64,000 nucleotides of DNA. Origin: Eledone cirrhosa. Its lineage: Eukaryota. Where the stretch lies: positions 365,180,001 to 365,244,000 of the forward strand of contig OZ024740.1 in NCBI GenBank assembly GCA_964016885.1, read 5' to 3'. Each line of letters starts with the position of its first letter. The stretch's first letter is position 1. Under the pieces are notes generated by a model, which ran no database searches, was not told the origin of the DNA, and saw nothing but the letters and a program-made list of their open reading frames with translations. Positions 10,591-23,899 of this stretch are shown here, piece by piece. Both the position numbers and the translations under genes were made by a program.

Positions 10591-13276
10591 CTATGTTCCA
10601 AACGCCAACTTAAAAAATGAGTAAGTTATATTACTAAATACCTCCAGATTCTTGATTATACATATTCAAAATTGTTTAAAAACCGTAGGCATTATCTTTC
10701 ATTACAAATATGATAACAAAAGGGTTAAAATATTGTAGTGCTGCCATGATTATTTACATTTCAAAAGTATGGGAGCTTCCCTGATATCTTAACATTATAA
10801 TAAATTTATGCAGTTTGCAAGCTTAATACCTGTTGGTTTTATTGACAAATGCCAACTCTTAGCTGTCAGGAAGACTATTTAGATAACTTTCCTTTCTTTT
10901 CACAGTGAGCACTGACATTTTGAAAATAGGAAGTAGTTGAAATTAGCCTTTTTTGTTATCACATTTCTAATGAAATACACTGCTTACGTGTTTCAATTAT
11001 TTTTTAAAACAATAAAGCATTTCGAGAAATTTAATAAAATAACTACCTATTTTAGAGGGCTTCTGTTTAAATTAAAATCTTCCCAACATAATTTTATATA
11101 AGAACTTTTTGTTAAGTAATATTTCAAATGTCATCTTAATAATTAAATGATAATTTTAGTAAATCCTTCATTAATTCAAATAGTGTCTTTCATTGGAAAT
11201 ATGGTTACAAAATGGTTAATCATACCATTTTGAAATTGTATTTCATATCTCTTGAATTTATTATATTTAATAGTTGACTGGGTTACCATAGCAACAGCAA
11301 TGTATACACTCCTTTTTCCTCTGCTAGCTTCACTTCCTTTATGAACTGCAGCCATATTGGGGCACCACCTTAAATAGTTTTAGTCAATTGTATCAACTTA
11401 TTTTATTGATTTCTGTCCAATGGCTCAATTTACTAGGGTTACATACCCATTTCAGACTTAAATATGACAAGGTATTTACACTGGCGTGTCTGCATGTATG
11501 GGGACACACACACACACACAAGCATATGTATTTGTGTGAAATGTTACAGCCTACACTTATCTGGCTTCCTATGAGTTTGGTTTTCATAAGAGTTTTCATG
11601 TTTTTTACAATTCACACATATGCAAGTTTTGTTGGCCTCCTATGACGATGCATTTTATGGGAAGTTTCTCAGGTGTTTTAATGATAGGAGGCTCCAGTGC
11701 TATTATGAAAAGCAATAGGAAATGGAGCCTCTTCTTCAAACACAGTGCGCTGCCAGGTCTAGGAATCAAACCCACGATCGTAAGTCCAACACCCTAACCA
11801 CTAGACCATGTGCCTTCACAATCATGTGGTTACAAAAGGAATTTCTTAATCATATGACCATGTCTTTGGTTGCAAAACAGCATATTATATTCAGAAGCTT
11901 TTTAAATAATTTCTTAGTAAAAATCAATATTCAATAATTTTATACTTATTTCTAGACTTTTTTTTTCTCTATACTATCTGGTAAATAGTATATAAATCTC
12001 AATAATTTATGAAGATTTATATTTCATTGTTGTACAAATATAAATAAAATAAATGAAGGAAATTGCTCTGTAACCATGTGATTTTGGTTTCACTTTGAAC
12101 AATGTCTTGTGAATGGAATTTGATAGAGGGGAAAATGCAGAAGCCCATTTGTGTCTGTGGTTATGTTCCTGTAAGTTAGCGCTTCAACACAAAGAAGTCA
12201 ATAGAATAAGTACTAGGGTTGGTATGATCAACTAAATTGAGGGAGTTCCCCATCATAACTGCAGTCTAATGACTGAAACTATGTATATGTTTATATATAT
12301 ATTGTAAATGTGTGTGTGTATATATATATATGTGTGTGTGTGTCATCATCATCATCTTCGTTTAACGTCCATCCTCCACACTAATATATTGTTTAAAACT
12401 GGGCCAACTAAATCAACTTTTTTTTATTCTTGTTAACCTTGAGTTGTTTCCCTAACTGCTCCAAAACAACTCTTAAGCAGTCAATGTTGGTATTATTTTT
12501 AGAAACTGAATTCCAGCTATGGAGTAAGATGTAAGAGGCTAGAGGAGGTAGAGAGAGTTAAGAAGAAAATAGTTTTTAAATTTAAACTGTCTGTGTGTAT
12601 GTATCTATCATCTGGTGCCATCACCAATTGTTTTGCATCATGGTCTGATGACATAGATTGGTCAGTTACAGAAATATGTATTATGCAACAATAAAGGGAG
12701 TTATTGGAATCTGGCCTTCTCATATTTTTCATTGAAGTATATATATATATATATATGCATGTATGTATATATATATATATATATGCATGTATGTATATAT
12801 ATGTGTTTACATCTAAGTCTGTGTCCTGTGATTTAGTGGTTTGACAAAAACAAAATATGAAATAAGTATCAGACTTGAAAAAATATGTACTGGAGTTGAT
12901 ATAATATGGAACATAACTTCACAAAGGTTCTGGTAAGGTGGTACCCCAGGATAGCCATAGTCTAGTGGGTGAAACTAATAAAAAAAGAAAAAGAATATAC
13001 AAATATTTACTTGTGTTATATCTCACTTTCTTGTGATTTATTTAATGACTGCTTTTCAATTTTCCTCTCTTTTTTCTCTGATGATGAAAGAAACCTTCTT
13101 GAACTTGAAGTGTTGCATATGTTATTTTCACTTTACATTAGCAGCATACCTTACTGCATGTTAGTGATTCAAATATTGCTGTGGTTAGACCACCCCCCTA
13201 CGATTTTAGTTACTTTTATATATATATACCAACAATTATGTTAAGTTGCAGTATGTTATATAGCTAGCATGTGAAG

Positions 13277-13500
13277 GCATGTGGCTTTGTGGTTAGAGTA
13301 TTCCTCTCACAACTGTTATGTGGTGTGTTTGATTCCTGGCTGCACATTGTGTCCTTCAGCAAGACACTTTATTTCACAAAGCTCCACCCATGAGACAGAA
13401 ATGAGTTGTACCTGTAGTTCAAAAGGTCAGCCTTGTTATACACTGTCATTGCGTAGCAAACTGCTTAACTATCTGGCCACATGCACGCATGCACACCCAC
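13277..13500 (+). mobile_element. tRNA-derived SINE (head family also used by the chimeric SINE)
   Basis: GGCATGTGGCTTTGTGGTTAGAG...TTTGATTCCTGG...GTCCTTCAGCAAGACACTTTATTTCAC; other copies at ~22240-22545, 33310-33606 (-), 43735-43870, 54540-54760 (-). Confidence 0.7.
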
Positions 13501-13773
13501 ATACAATATTCAGTAAATAATATCTAATGACATCATGTATATTTAGTGCAGCAAACTTTTATACGATATGTGTTGTTGCATATACAGTATGAACATTTGT
13601 TAACTAAGATGCAGTGAGTAAAACATATATAGTATAAATGAAATAACAAGACTTGTATTATATGCACATTATGAAATGCCTTAACCCTTTCATTACCGTA
13701 TTTCTAATATTTCTAATGAGAAACACTGCCTATGATTTTCAAATGATTATGAAAATAATTAAGAATTTGAAGA

Positions 13774-13866
13774 GATGTAACTTTCTCATTATTTATCTAG
13801 TGTTTGGAACATAACTTGAAGTGATGTAACTTTCTCGTTATTTATCTAGTGTTTGGAACATAACTT
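13774..13866 (+). repeat. ~49-bp tandem duplication inside a piggyBac-type MITE
   Basis: GATGTAACTTTCTCRTTATTTATCTAGTGTTTGGAACATAACTT occurs twice in tandem. Confidence 0.9.
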
Positions 13867-15875
13867 CACAAAATTCTGACATAAGTTTATGTTGGAAGGT
13901 TTATTTTAAACTGATAAACTCTGTCAAGAATGCATTAATAGAACAAAGTGTATAACAAGAAATAACATATAGATAAATAATAGCTGTTTTTGGCTCATTG
14001 TTGTTAGTCAGTTCTGATCGAAACCATTCCCATTGTGATCACCCCTATTTAGTTTCCAGACAAAATATCCAAGACTACATTATCCAGTTTGTCCTTTCTT
14101 TTTAAGATAGTAAAGAAGTTTAGTAACTATTTCTATCATGCTGAGAAGATTTATTGGTAACAGATAATGTGTAGTAGCTGTGTTGTGTGTTAGATCTCTG
14201 TCAATTCTGATATGTTCCAGTTGTTGGAACAGCTTATTTGTCAAATTAACATGCAAGTGGCTGAACATTTCACAGACATGTTCTTACGGTCAATCCCACT
14301 ACAAGTGTTATTTACCATAACCTCAGGTTAACCCTTGCTGTATGAGTGGAATTAGGTAGACAACTTATTTGGAAACCTGTTGAATGGATTTTACTGGTAA
14401 TTCAAAGGGCTAACCGTGTCATATTCAATCTCCCTATGGGTACACATGTCAATTTCAAGGGCAGGTTGTTCATTTGATCAAGCAACCAAGACATCTTCGA
14501 AACTGATAGAGGTCAATCGATATATATGTATATATGTGTGGTGATTATACAATCTGTAAAACATTGATTTATGAGAGCCATACCATATAAACTACTCTAA
14601 GTTACAAACAATACTATTTGTTGTTGTTTTTTTGTTTTGTTTTTTTTGTAAGTTTATATACTTTATACAGTACAGTTGAAATATTGAATAATGTTTTGGT
14701 AGGTGTAGAAAGCAGTGACTCATGGGGAGGGAGAATAAGACACTGTGTGTAGTAATAGTCAAACTCATGACAGTGTGGAAAAAATAGACATAAAATAATG
14801 TGTGTGTGTACACTTAAGAAATGTGAATGTTTTATATACAACCCTGTTGAGCCAATCACCATAACTGCAGTTGATACTGGTTCAATAATTTGAGCCTAGT
14901 CTCAACTGCAGGCTTGGGACTTAACTTCTTTCCCAATATATTCAATCTAGAATACATGTGTGCATGCACACACAGGCATACACATATATAGTCCAACCTA
15001 TGCCAGCATGGAAAAAGGACGTTAAATGATGATGATGATGATATATATATATATATATATATCGATATGTGTGTGTATGTATATATCATCATCATTTAAT
15101 GTCTGTTTCTCCTGCTAGCAATGGTGTGTGTGTATATATATCTTTTTGTTTTAATAGCAAGTCTTGTCTCTACCCTCTCTCTTTTTCTATCTCTCTTTTT
15201 CAATTTTGAATGAATGTATTTTATAGCTTCATTTTATTGGCACTACTATAAAACCAAACCTATCACTCTGGAATGGTAGACAGATGGAATCAATGGAAAA
15301 AATAAAAAATATAATAAAAATGTTTAAAAAAACAACACTGGCATGCATACTAATTTGAAAGTTACTCTTCTTTTCTAAATGTTCTTTAGTTTATGGTTTA
15401 TATCCTTCATTCTTGTGGGCTGCTAGTTGATCCTTAAATTATCCACTTAGCAGCTTAATGCAGCACCACAAAAAATATGTCATCATCATTGTGGATAGTT
15501 CTAGTGGTGGTAATGTTAGTGGTACTGTTGTTGTTACTGGTGGTGCCAGTAGTGGTGGGGTTGGTTGATAGTAATTGACATTGGTGGTGGTCGGTAGTAA
15601 TCAATACTGTTATTGCTTTTTGACCCTTTTTGTTGTTTTTTTTTTTCTTCTCTCTTTTTAATATACATTATTCCTCTCCAGTTAGCTGACTGCTGCAAGT
15701 ATATCGACAAACCAATCACAACAGCTCTAACAATAATATCCCAATAGAGATGAACAGTTAGAGCTGATGAGAAAGAAACAGTTTTGCTTTTAGCTGGAGT
15801 TTCATCACTCAGTGGTTAGAGCTTACACTGCTAGTTTACAGTGTTTACCTTGTGTATACAGCAACAACAAGCATT

Positions 15876-16104
15876 TTAACCTTTTCATTACTATATTTTT
15901 AAGGAAAGATGCCTGTTTTTAAATCATTTTGAAAATAATCAAGAATTTGGAGGGATAACCAACTTTCTCATTATTAAGTTGGTGTTTGGAACATGAAAGT
16001 TCTTAGATAGAATTATGATGAAACATTTCTAGATAAATTTATACATTTTAAAACAAACTATTTGAATCATGTAACCAGGGGTGATTTGCTATCAAAAGAG
16101 TTAA
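15876..16104 (+). mobile_element. piggyBac-type MITE family A (~230-250 bp), representative copy
   Basis: TTAA at both ends; termini CCTTTTCATTAC...TATCAAAAGAG. About 20 full or partial copies in the window, e.g. 10950-11219, 13681-13920, 24289-24556, 25060-25319, 32883-33131, 34112-34548 (-), 42545-42765, 53971-54423, 63350-63605. Confidence 0.8.
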
Positions 16105-16261
16105 AGTCAATTTCCCTGCTAAAGCAGTGGTTAGCCTTGTGGATCTCATGAAAGCCTTTCTGCTCATCATGAGGTCTTGTTTGAAGGAATATTTTACAAC
16201 CAAGATGCCTTTCCTAGTACCAACTTTTTTAGTCACATGTTATGGCATGCTGGGATATGAA

Positions 16262-16362
16262 GTGCCTATTTTAAACTGGATACACACAAGAATACAGTGT
16301 ACCTATTCTAAATCTGGTACACACAGGAATATGATGTACCTGTTCTAAACTGGATTCACACA
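16262..16362 (+). repeat. Three diverged tandem copies of a ~36-bp unit
   Basis: Unit approximately GTACCTATTCTAAACTGGATACACACARGAATAYRRT. Confidence 0.8.
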
Positions 16363-16549
16363 TCCTGTCTACTTGTGTGTGGATAATAAAGAAAGAACTA
16401 AGTATCTAAGTTGAAAGAAAATTACCTTTTATTCTTCTAAGATCAATAAAATAAAGTACCAGTCAAGAACTGGGGTCGATTTAGACTTCCCTTTGCCCAA
16501 AATTATTGTCCTTTTACCTAAATTAGAAACCATTATTATTATTATTATT

Positions 16550-16765
16550 AGGACAGTGAAATGGCAGAATCAGTAGAGCGTTGGACACTATGCTTTGCAG
16601 CATGGAGCTACGACCCTTTACGTTCTGAGTTCAAATCCCACCGAGGTTAGCTTTGCTTTTCATCCTTACAGGTCGATAAAATAAAGTGCCAGTAATATAC
16701 GGGGGCGATTTAATTGACTTTCCCCTCTTCCGAATTGTTGCCCTTGTGCTTAAATATCAATAAAA
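16550..16765 (+). mobile_element. tRNA-derived SINE with a Meta-like central domain
   Basis: A box TGGCAGAATCAG, B box GAGTTCAAATCC, central TTTGCTTTTCATCCTTACAGGTCGATAAAATAAAGTGCCAG and an AT-rich tail. The Meta-domain resemblance is from memory and not verified. Confidence 0.75.
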
Positions 16766-17330
16766 TGATTTGCTGAATTCATTCCAGTTTTTTATGTTCT
16801 GGTTTCAAATCCTGCTTTTACCCTTCAAGTACTGGGGTCGATATGATCAACTGTTCCTTCCTCTCAAAATTTTTTGCCTTATTCCTATCAAAGAAATTAT
16901 CATTCTTGTGACTGTTGTTGTTGTACCTTATTGATGTTGTTGTACCTTGTTGCGTATTTAGTAAATCTTTATTTGTATTCTGAAAGGATTTTAAAATAAT
17001 TATAACTATGATTTCATACATTGCTATAGAGTCACAAATTTGTGCTGTGTATTCCCAGTGGGATTTGAACTGAGAAACTGAAGACAAAATCTGATCCCCC
17101 CCCCCCCCTCTCGGGGTGAGTGGTTACTATAAACACACCATAGTTCAACATACACAATTTACACAAGAAATTTGCTTCCATGAGATAATACATACTGGGA
17201 TTGACGTCATCCTCCTGCTTCTCGAGGATACTACAGCAACGCCAAACAACGCTTGAAAGCAGTTTATAAATTTTAAATTTAAATCTAATTTCAGAGCAAA
17301 TAGATTGGAACATTTTACTGTGAGAATTCC

Positions 17331-17376
17331 CAATGCTCTGACGAAGGGAATTTTAAGTCCTGAAATATTAGGACAT
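17331..17376 (+). ncRNA. Putative minimal type I hammerhead ribozyme (Penelope-like), possibly degenerate
   Basis: CUGACGA (17338-44), stem II AGGG/UCCU, GAAA (17362-65), palindromic AAUAUU as minimal stem III, UUA cleavage triplet, stem I AUGCU/GG(A)CAU with one bulge. Confidence 0.5.
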
Positions 17377-18084
17377 AAAAAAAAATGATTACCAACTAAC
17401 TAACTTCTTTTTTGCCTTCATCTTATTGTCCATTTTGCATTGTTTTAGCTTTCTTACAAATATCACTTTCCACATTATATATTATATACAATGCTTTGAG
17501 CAAACTACATTTTATAAGATTTATTTCAATTTAGCTTTTCATGAGATTATGTATTGTATGAAAGCATCATTATCTTTAGCAACCTCTTCAGGCTATATAA
17601 AAATGCAGTGGTCCAATTCTTTCCAATATTCATTCTTTCAAAATGAGAAGTTCTGTCCATATGTTTCATTTCAGTTGGAAATATCAAATTCATATAGCTA
17701 AGATGCTTTCAAGAAGTAAAAGAGAAATCACTATCAACATTTTACATCTGTTCTTCCATGTTGGCATGAGTTGGTGGGGTTATCACAGAGCAAGTCAGTA
17801 TTAAATTGGATCTACTGTCCTCACAGAATGGCCAGGGACCCACATCTCGCTGATATGCATACTGCTTTGGGCATGGTTTCTATATCTGGATACTCTCCTT
17901 CACATCAACTACTTTCCAGAATGTTCTGGGTTCATTCTATCATCATTATCATCATCATCATTTAATGTCCGATAACAAGATTTTTTTTCCAGGCTTTAAT
18001 TTTACTTTATTGAATTTCATTTTGAGTTTAAATTTAAAAGTAAAAGTTTAAAGACAAAACAAAAATACTCAATCATGTAATAAA

Positions 18085-18410
18085 CTGGCATGGCTATGAG
18101 GTTAAGAAGTTCGTTTTGCAAACACATTGTTTTGGGTTAGGTATCTTAGGCAACTGTCTTCTACTATAGCTTCAGGTTAGCCAATGCCTTATGAGTGAAA
18201 TTTGGTAGATAGAAACCCTGCTGAAGCCCACTATGTTTCTGTGTCTGTATACCTGTATTTACATCTACACTGCTTAACAATCGATTTTGTTTGTCTATAT
18301 CCTATAATTTAGCAGTAACAGGCATCGATGAAGTACCTGGTTTGAAAATAAACAGTGAAAGCAGTGTCCTAGCATGGTCAGAGTACAAGAACTGAAACTA
18401 ATAAAATAAT
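18085..18410 (+). mobile_element. tRNA/CORE-type SINE, third family
   Basis: GGCATGGCTATGAGGTTAAGAAGTT...GTCTTCTACTATAGC...TTTGGTAGATAGAAAC...AGCATGGTCAGAGT...ACTGAAAC; other copies at ~35245-35520, 50490-50815, 58025-58335. Confidence 0.7.
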
Positions 18411-19007
18411 AAAGAAAACTAATCACTTCACAGATAATAGCAGAATAGCTACTATTCTGTTAGAATTAACTCTTTCATTATCATATTTCTAATAAAGGTC
18501 ACTAGTCGTTAGATAATTTGGAAAATAATCAAGAAAATTAAGAGATTTAATAATATAACTTTTTGATTATTAAGTTCCCATATAAAATTGTCACTTTAAA
18601 ATTAAACAGTTTTGTATCGTAAAAGCAGGCGTAGTTTCAGGCAGTTTGGTATTTAGAGATAATAGTACTGAGTGAAATTGAGAATGTTTTATTTTATATT
18701 CTAACCTTAGGATCATTATATGCTGGTTATTGCAATTTTCCTGCAAGAAATAAAACTTTGCGATTATACATTTAAAAATAAATCCCTCAAATTAAAAAAA
18801 AAAATTCCATCTTGTTAAATAATGATGCAATGAATTTCTTTTAAAAGTTTGGGAATGCCTGTTCAAGAAAACAACAATACAGTGACCCCCCCCCCCCCCC
18901 CAAAAAAAAAAAAATAACATGAATTATTTATTATCTTGTGATGAGTTCTAGTCTTTATATAGGCCTAGAGAAAGATGATAAAACCATTCAAATAAATCTC
19001 TTTTCTT

Positions 19008-19234
19008 TTAACCCTTTAACGTTTACATTGCTTTTTATTTACTATTATATTTTCGCAGTAAAGGCTTTACCTCACATAATTATCTCACATAATATCAAAC
19101 TACGAGATTTTGATGTTATTTATTTTGAGAACAATACTTTAACAGTAGTATGAATGACCAGTTATGGCCCGTTTGAACAAAAAGAAGTGAGAGATTCTGG
19201 TCGGATACAGCTGGTTTAAATGCTAATAGGTTAA
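19008..19234 (+). mobile_element. piggyBac-type MITE family B
   Basis: TTAA flanks; family TIR CCCTTTAGCATTTA/TAAATGCTAAAGGG; other copies at 34221-34436, 54160-54363 (-), ~53666-53790, ~38697-38800 (-). Confidence 0.8.
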
Positions 19235-20220
19235 ATAACTTCATAAAATCAGGCTTTTCTGTAGTTTTTGAACTGTACTAGTTACAAAACTAACTAACAC
19301 TATCATTATGATGATCCATTGCAAGCATTATCATCATCATCATCATCATTATTATCATTTTATGTTCACTTTTCATGCTGGCATGGGTTGGAAAAGTTAT
19401 AGTCTCAGTTTTCCTTCAGAGATACTTGATGGCTCAGATGACTATGCCTCACTTATATGTTCCTTTTTTTGGAACAATCTTACAAATTTAAGTTTAGCAG
19501 ATGAATAATTACAATTATCAAACGATTATTATTTGGAGCTATTTATCTCTATTTTAATAAGCCGTTTTACTTCTTTGCAGTTGTATTTCCGTTTTCAATA
19601 TATTTCTCATCTTCAGTAACGTTTTACTGAATTCCTTTTACTTTATTTTGTAGGACTGCCAACCCTCCTAATTCGGAAAACCTTGGGATGTTTTAAAGAT
19701 CCCTGGTCAAGATGGTTTTCCATAAAATGAAGGTAAATTTTACTATTTGAAAATTATTACTAAATTTCATCTTCTTATAATTAACTCTTCTCATAATTAA
19801 CTCCGCCTCCTAAACCACTTGACCATCATTAGTTAAAGAAGTTGAATATTTTGTGATACAAAAACACGAAACTTGGAAATAAATCATCTTAGTCTAAGTT
19901 AGTTGAACCTCAATACACTTCAGTTTGTATGAGAACCAATAGTTATTAATATTTAAACATAGTTTAATTAATAGTGTATCAGACTACTAGCCAAAGAATC
20001 AATGTGTCATATCCCATTATTAATACAACACTAAGACCATGGTCTGTCCCACTACAGTGTAAATAGATACAGCACTATTATATGCTGTATATGATGAACA
20101 GTTATTGAGCTACAGTAGTGAATTCAAATCCTACCATTCTCAGAAGCCAATAATGCTCATCCCCTATTGATGGATACATCTGAGTAGACAAGTTACATAA
20201 TTGCCATATTCACTTAAAGC

Positions 20221-20452
20221 CAGAGGCGTAATGAAGGTGATATGAGGAGAGACAGTTATACCTAAGTGCAGCTATGAAAAAGTGCAAAATTTCCTTTGGC
20301 ATATCATGCCTCTTTTTACTCTTAGGTTTGGAGGAATGGGCAGTGCCCAGCACCTTTGCATGCCCTCTTAGACCAGAGAGGTCACTGCTGTAAGGTGAGG
20401 GAGTGAAATATGCTTTTATTCCAGGGCTCTGAGATCCCTTGCTACACCACAG
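20221..20452. mobile_element. Degraded hAT-type MITE
   Basis: Imperfect TIRs CAGAGGCGTAATGAAGG / CCCTTGCTACACCACAG; 8-bp flanks CTTAAAGC and TTCATAGC partly match (eroded TSD). Confidence 0.5.
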
Positions 20453-20664
20453 TTCATAGCATTTCAGTCTTCAGTTAGGTAGGGAATTAACAACCAAGAC
20501 AGAACTTTTTTTCCTGCTTGCAAATTCAATACCTTATCCTCTATAATAAATTCATAACACCTCTAAATATATTCATCTTATAATAATAATATTTCATGTC
20601 TTTAATAATAATATTTTAAATATAAAAAAAAAATAACCATTTGTGAAAGTTGTGTTCTCAGCTT

Positions 20665-20872
20665 CTAACTCTCAATGTCCTGTACCATATGTAACCTCAC
20701 TAACAAGACATTCTTGAAATGTTACAAAAGAGCATTATGACCACATCACATTAACAGTTTTTACTTTAATAGTTTACTTAAAATTTTCACAACAATCTGT
20801 CCACTAGTGAATACATTTTAAACATTTGAATTAACAGATTGCTAAATCATTACAGGATGTTTAAAGAGTTAA
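20665..20872 (+). mobile_element. TTAA-flanked MITE family C
   Basis: Ends CAGGATGTTTAAAGAGTTAA; homologous to ~26890-27104 (…CAGGATGTTAAGAGTTAA) and ~35607-35770 (TTAACTCTTAACAT…), implying TIR CTCTTAACAT. Confidence 0.6.
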
Positions 20873-22107
20873 TTAGCCATCCACTTGTGTTCAGCATCAT
20901 ATCATTTCTACAGCAGTCACTGGGATTTTGTGAAGATGTAATCAAAGCTGTTATTAAGCCATTATTTCTTTTAAGTAGATAATGAAAAACAAGATAAAAA
21001 CTAAAATCTTTGCTTGCAACTGTATTGGATTTAAAACCATTTCTAATCTCTTTATTTGCAGTAACTTTACTACAAAGACTTAAAACTTGTGTTAATTTGA
21101 TTAACGTTTCAGATGTTATAATAATAATAATAAGTTATTATTGATGTTAATAACTATTGATCAATAACTACTATTCAGGGAGCATGTTATCTGTAGTTTG
21201 TCTGGGAAAATGTAGAATGATAATGCTTCACAGAAATTCTACATTCATTCAGCATTATCAATTTGCTTGAAAAGAAGGTGGGATATTTTTAAAATACGAA
21301 ATGAAATAGATAGGAGGTAAATGTTTTATATGATAGTATTGGTGTGATTCAAAGTCTTGCATAAGATGTATACAAGTTTTCTTTTTTTGTATTTAATCGG
21401 AAATTCCCATTGTGATTATTTGTAAAGACAGCCATTGTATATAAGGTAGTTATCGATGATAAGTACATTAAGTTGGCGATTGGTAATTAAATGAGTGTCT
21501 GTAAATTGTTTGAATGCTAGTCAACTATAGTGCCGTCCATCTATGCTTCTGAATGCAAGGGAAAAAGCTTCATTACATTCCTGTCTTTTAAAAAGAGACA
21601 GAGGAGTCAGGGGAGGGAGAAGGAGACACACACACGTGCATGTGCACACATATACACACACACACAAGCATGTGCAAACACACATAAGAGGCTTGCTATT
21701 TTAACAGTTGTTGCTTCAACAATTGGCATCTTCCTACCTCTGGTGACTTGTATCTTGAAATGTGAAATGACTCATTCGTTATCTTCAGCGAATTTCAATT
21801 TGAACTTAGCTTCTCTATTGAAAACCAATCTCATCTAATATCTTCTATGAACCATACATTTTTTTTTTTCTCTTTCTGATTCATCCATTAGGCTAGATGC
21901 AATTCTATCGAAGCTTCTCACAATTAAATAGTCAATCAACTGTTTTCTAACAAACAGCATTTTCTATATGTTGCCACACTCATGTCTCAAAAACAGTCTG
22001 TTTTCTATTGACACATCAGTCTCTATTACACACATTACATTCATACATACATATGCAAATATATATGTGTGTTTGAATATATTCATACACGCACGCACAC
22101 ACACACA

Positions 22108-22198
22108 CACGGTGCCCCCCAAAAATGTATACACACTTCAACAGCATTCTAATAGGTACAGGTAATCAAAGTGTGTATACATTTTTTGGGATACCCTG
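22108..22198. mobile_element. ~90-bp Tc1/mariner-type mini-MITE (hairpin)
   Basis: ~30-bp TIRs CACGGTGCCCCCCAAAAATGTATACACACTT / AAGTGTGTATACATTTTTTGGGATACCCTG embedded in CA/TA microsatellite. Confidence 0.75.
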
Positions 22199-22200
22199 TG

Positions 22201-22238
<38 letters not shown>

Positions 22239-22580
22239 CGCGCGTGGTTTAGTGGTTAGAGAGTTGGATTCACATTCATGAGGTTGTGACTTCAATTCCC
22301 AGACCAGGCGATCCATTGTGTCTTTCAGCGAGACACTTTATTTTATGTTGCTCCAGTTCACTCAGCTGTAGAAAGGAGTTGCGATGTTACTGGTACCAAG
22401 CTGTATCAGCCTTTCCCTTGGACAACATTGGTGGCGTGGAGTTGTTAGACTGGTATGCATGGGTGACAGGTGGTTTTACACAAAAACACTTTGCCTGGGC
22501 TTGTTCCTTGGACTGGAACTTTCTAGGTGCAAATCACATGGTCATTCTTTACACTTTTTTTTATATACATGTATATCTTA

Positions 22581-22665
22581 TACAGTGGAACCTCAGTTCA
22601 TAAACTTAATTCGTTTCTAAATGCTCGTAAACTGAAACCATTTTTCTCATACGAAATGTTGAAAG
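22581..22665 (+). mobile_element. pogo/Tigger-like terminal fragment
   Basis: TA followed by CAGTGGAACCTCAGTTCATAAACTTAATTCGTT, a typical Tigger-group end. Confidence 0.5.
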
Positions 22666-23899
22666 AGAAATACAGTGAGAGAAAGACTGTGTGTAAAAGA
22701 TATATATATATATCACCATAGTAACTAATTATGCAGTAAGTGACACTTTTTCACTGATACTCCAAGCTTGTTGCCAACCGTTGTTGCTGGCTTGTGTGTT
22801 CATTATTACTCAAGCGTTTGTTCAATCCTTGAACTGGGTACTATGTTGTGTTCTTGGGCAAAATACTTTATTTCACTTTGTGTCTTCTGCTAGAAATTGC
22901 AATGAGCAGATTATCAGAAATGGAAAGACTATCCATGTGTACATTTATATATATGGAGAAGAGCTTTTCATTTAGACGTATTAAAAACATGACTGAGTTC
23001 CAGTTTTTTTGTTTATTTTTTTGCTATTTCTTTTTTCTATATCTCCTGATGAGACCCTTATAGTTTGTTTTGGTGCAATAGTTTCTAAATTCATCATCAA
23101 GGTTTCCAAACTTCTACACTCTCATCATAACAAGCACACACACACACATATATGATGTGTGTGTGGTACAGCACTCAGGTCCTCACCTACTAGTATATTC
23201 TCGACTTCTTCACTCAACCCAGGAAAGCTCGGCAAACTACAAAATGATAGATAACATCCACCCACTTGCTCCAAGGGTCACCACCCTTCCCCACCGCAAG
23301 CAATATATAAATATTCCTTTTAGGCCATCAAGGGAAGTTGGACACACCCCACAATATATCAGATGCCATCCACTTGCTTCAAGGCCACCGCCATGATCCT
23401 CCAACTGCTGCCAATGCTTCCCCAACAAGACCAAGTACACTGACCACTCTAGTTTTGTAAAGTGGCTGGTTTTAGGAAGGTCAACCTCCAGTAGGTGCTG
23501 GAAAATGTTTGGTGTTAGGAAAGGCACCCAGCTGTAGAAACCATGCTCCCGATACATGCTGTGAAGTGGTTGGTGTTAAAAAATGCATCCAGCTGTAGAA
23601 ATCAAGCCAAAACAGATAATATGAGCAGGACCTAGTCACTTGACTGTTCTGGCTTCAGCACGTGACAGTTGTCTAACTCATGAAAGCATGGAAAATAGTT
23701 AAATGGTGATGATGATATGTATATTTAATATGACTGCAACTCCTATCATTGAAGAACCCAGGAAAATTCCACTGAGATGCAACCTCATAAGAGATCTACA
23801 TAGGTATGAGCTATAATGTGTGTGTGTATACACTCAAATACAGACATGTATGTATGTATGACATATATTACTTATTGTGCATTATAATCACATTGAATA

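Noticed and set aside
15682-15760. Acceptor-like site followed by LADCCKYIDKP..., and nearby CTGATGAGAAAGAAAC
   Set aside because: The frame closes quickly with no clear donor, and the hammerhead-like words lack a stem II.
16550-16645. tRNA-like A/B boxes here and in other SINE heads as tRNA genes
   Set aside because: No complete cloverleaf, and they continue into SINE bodies present in multiple copies.
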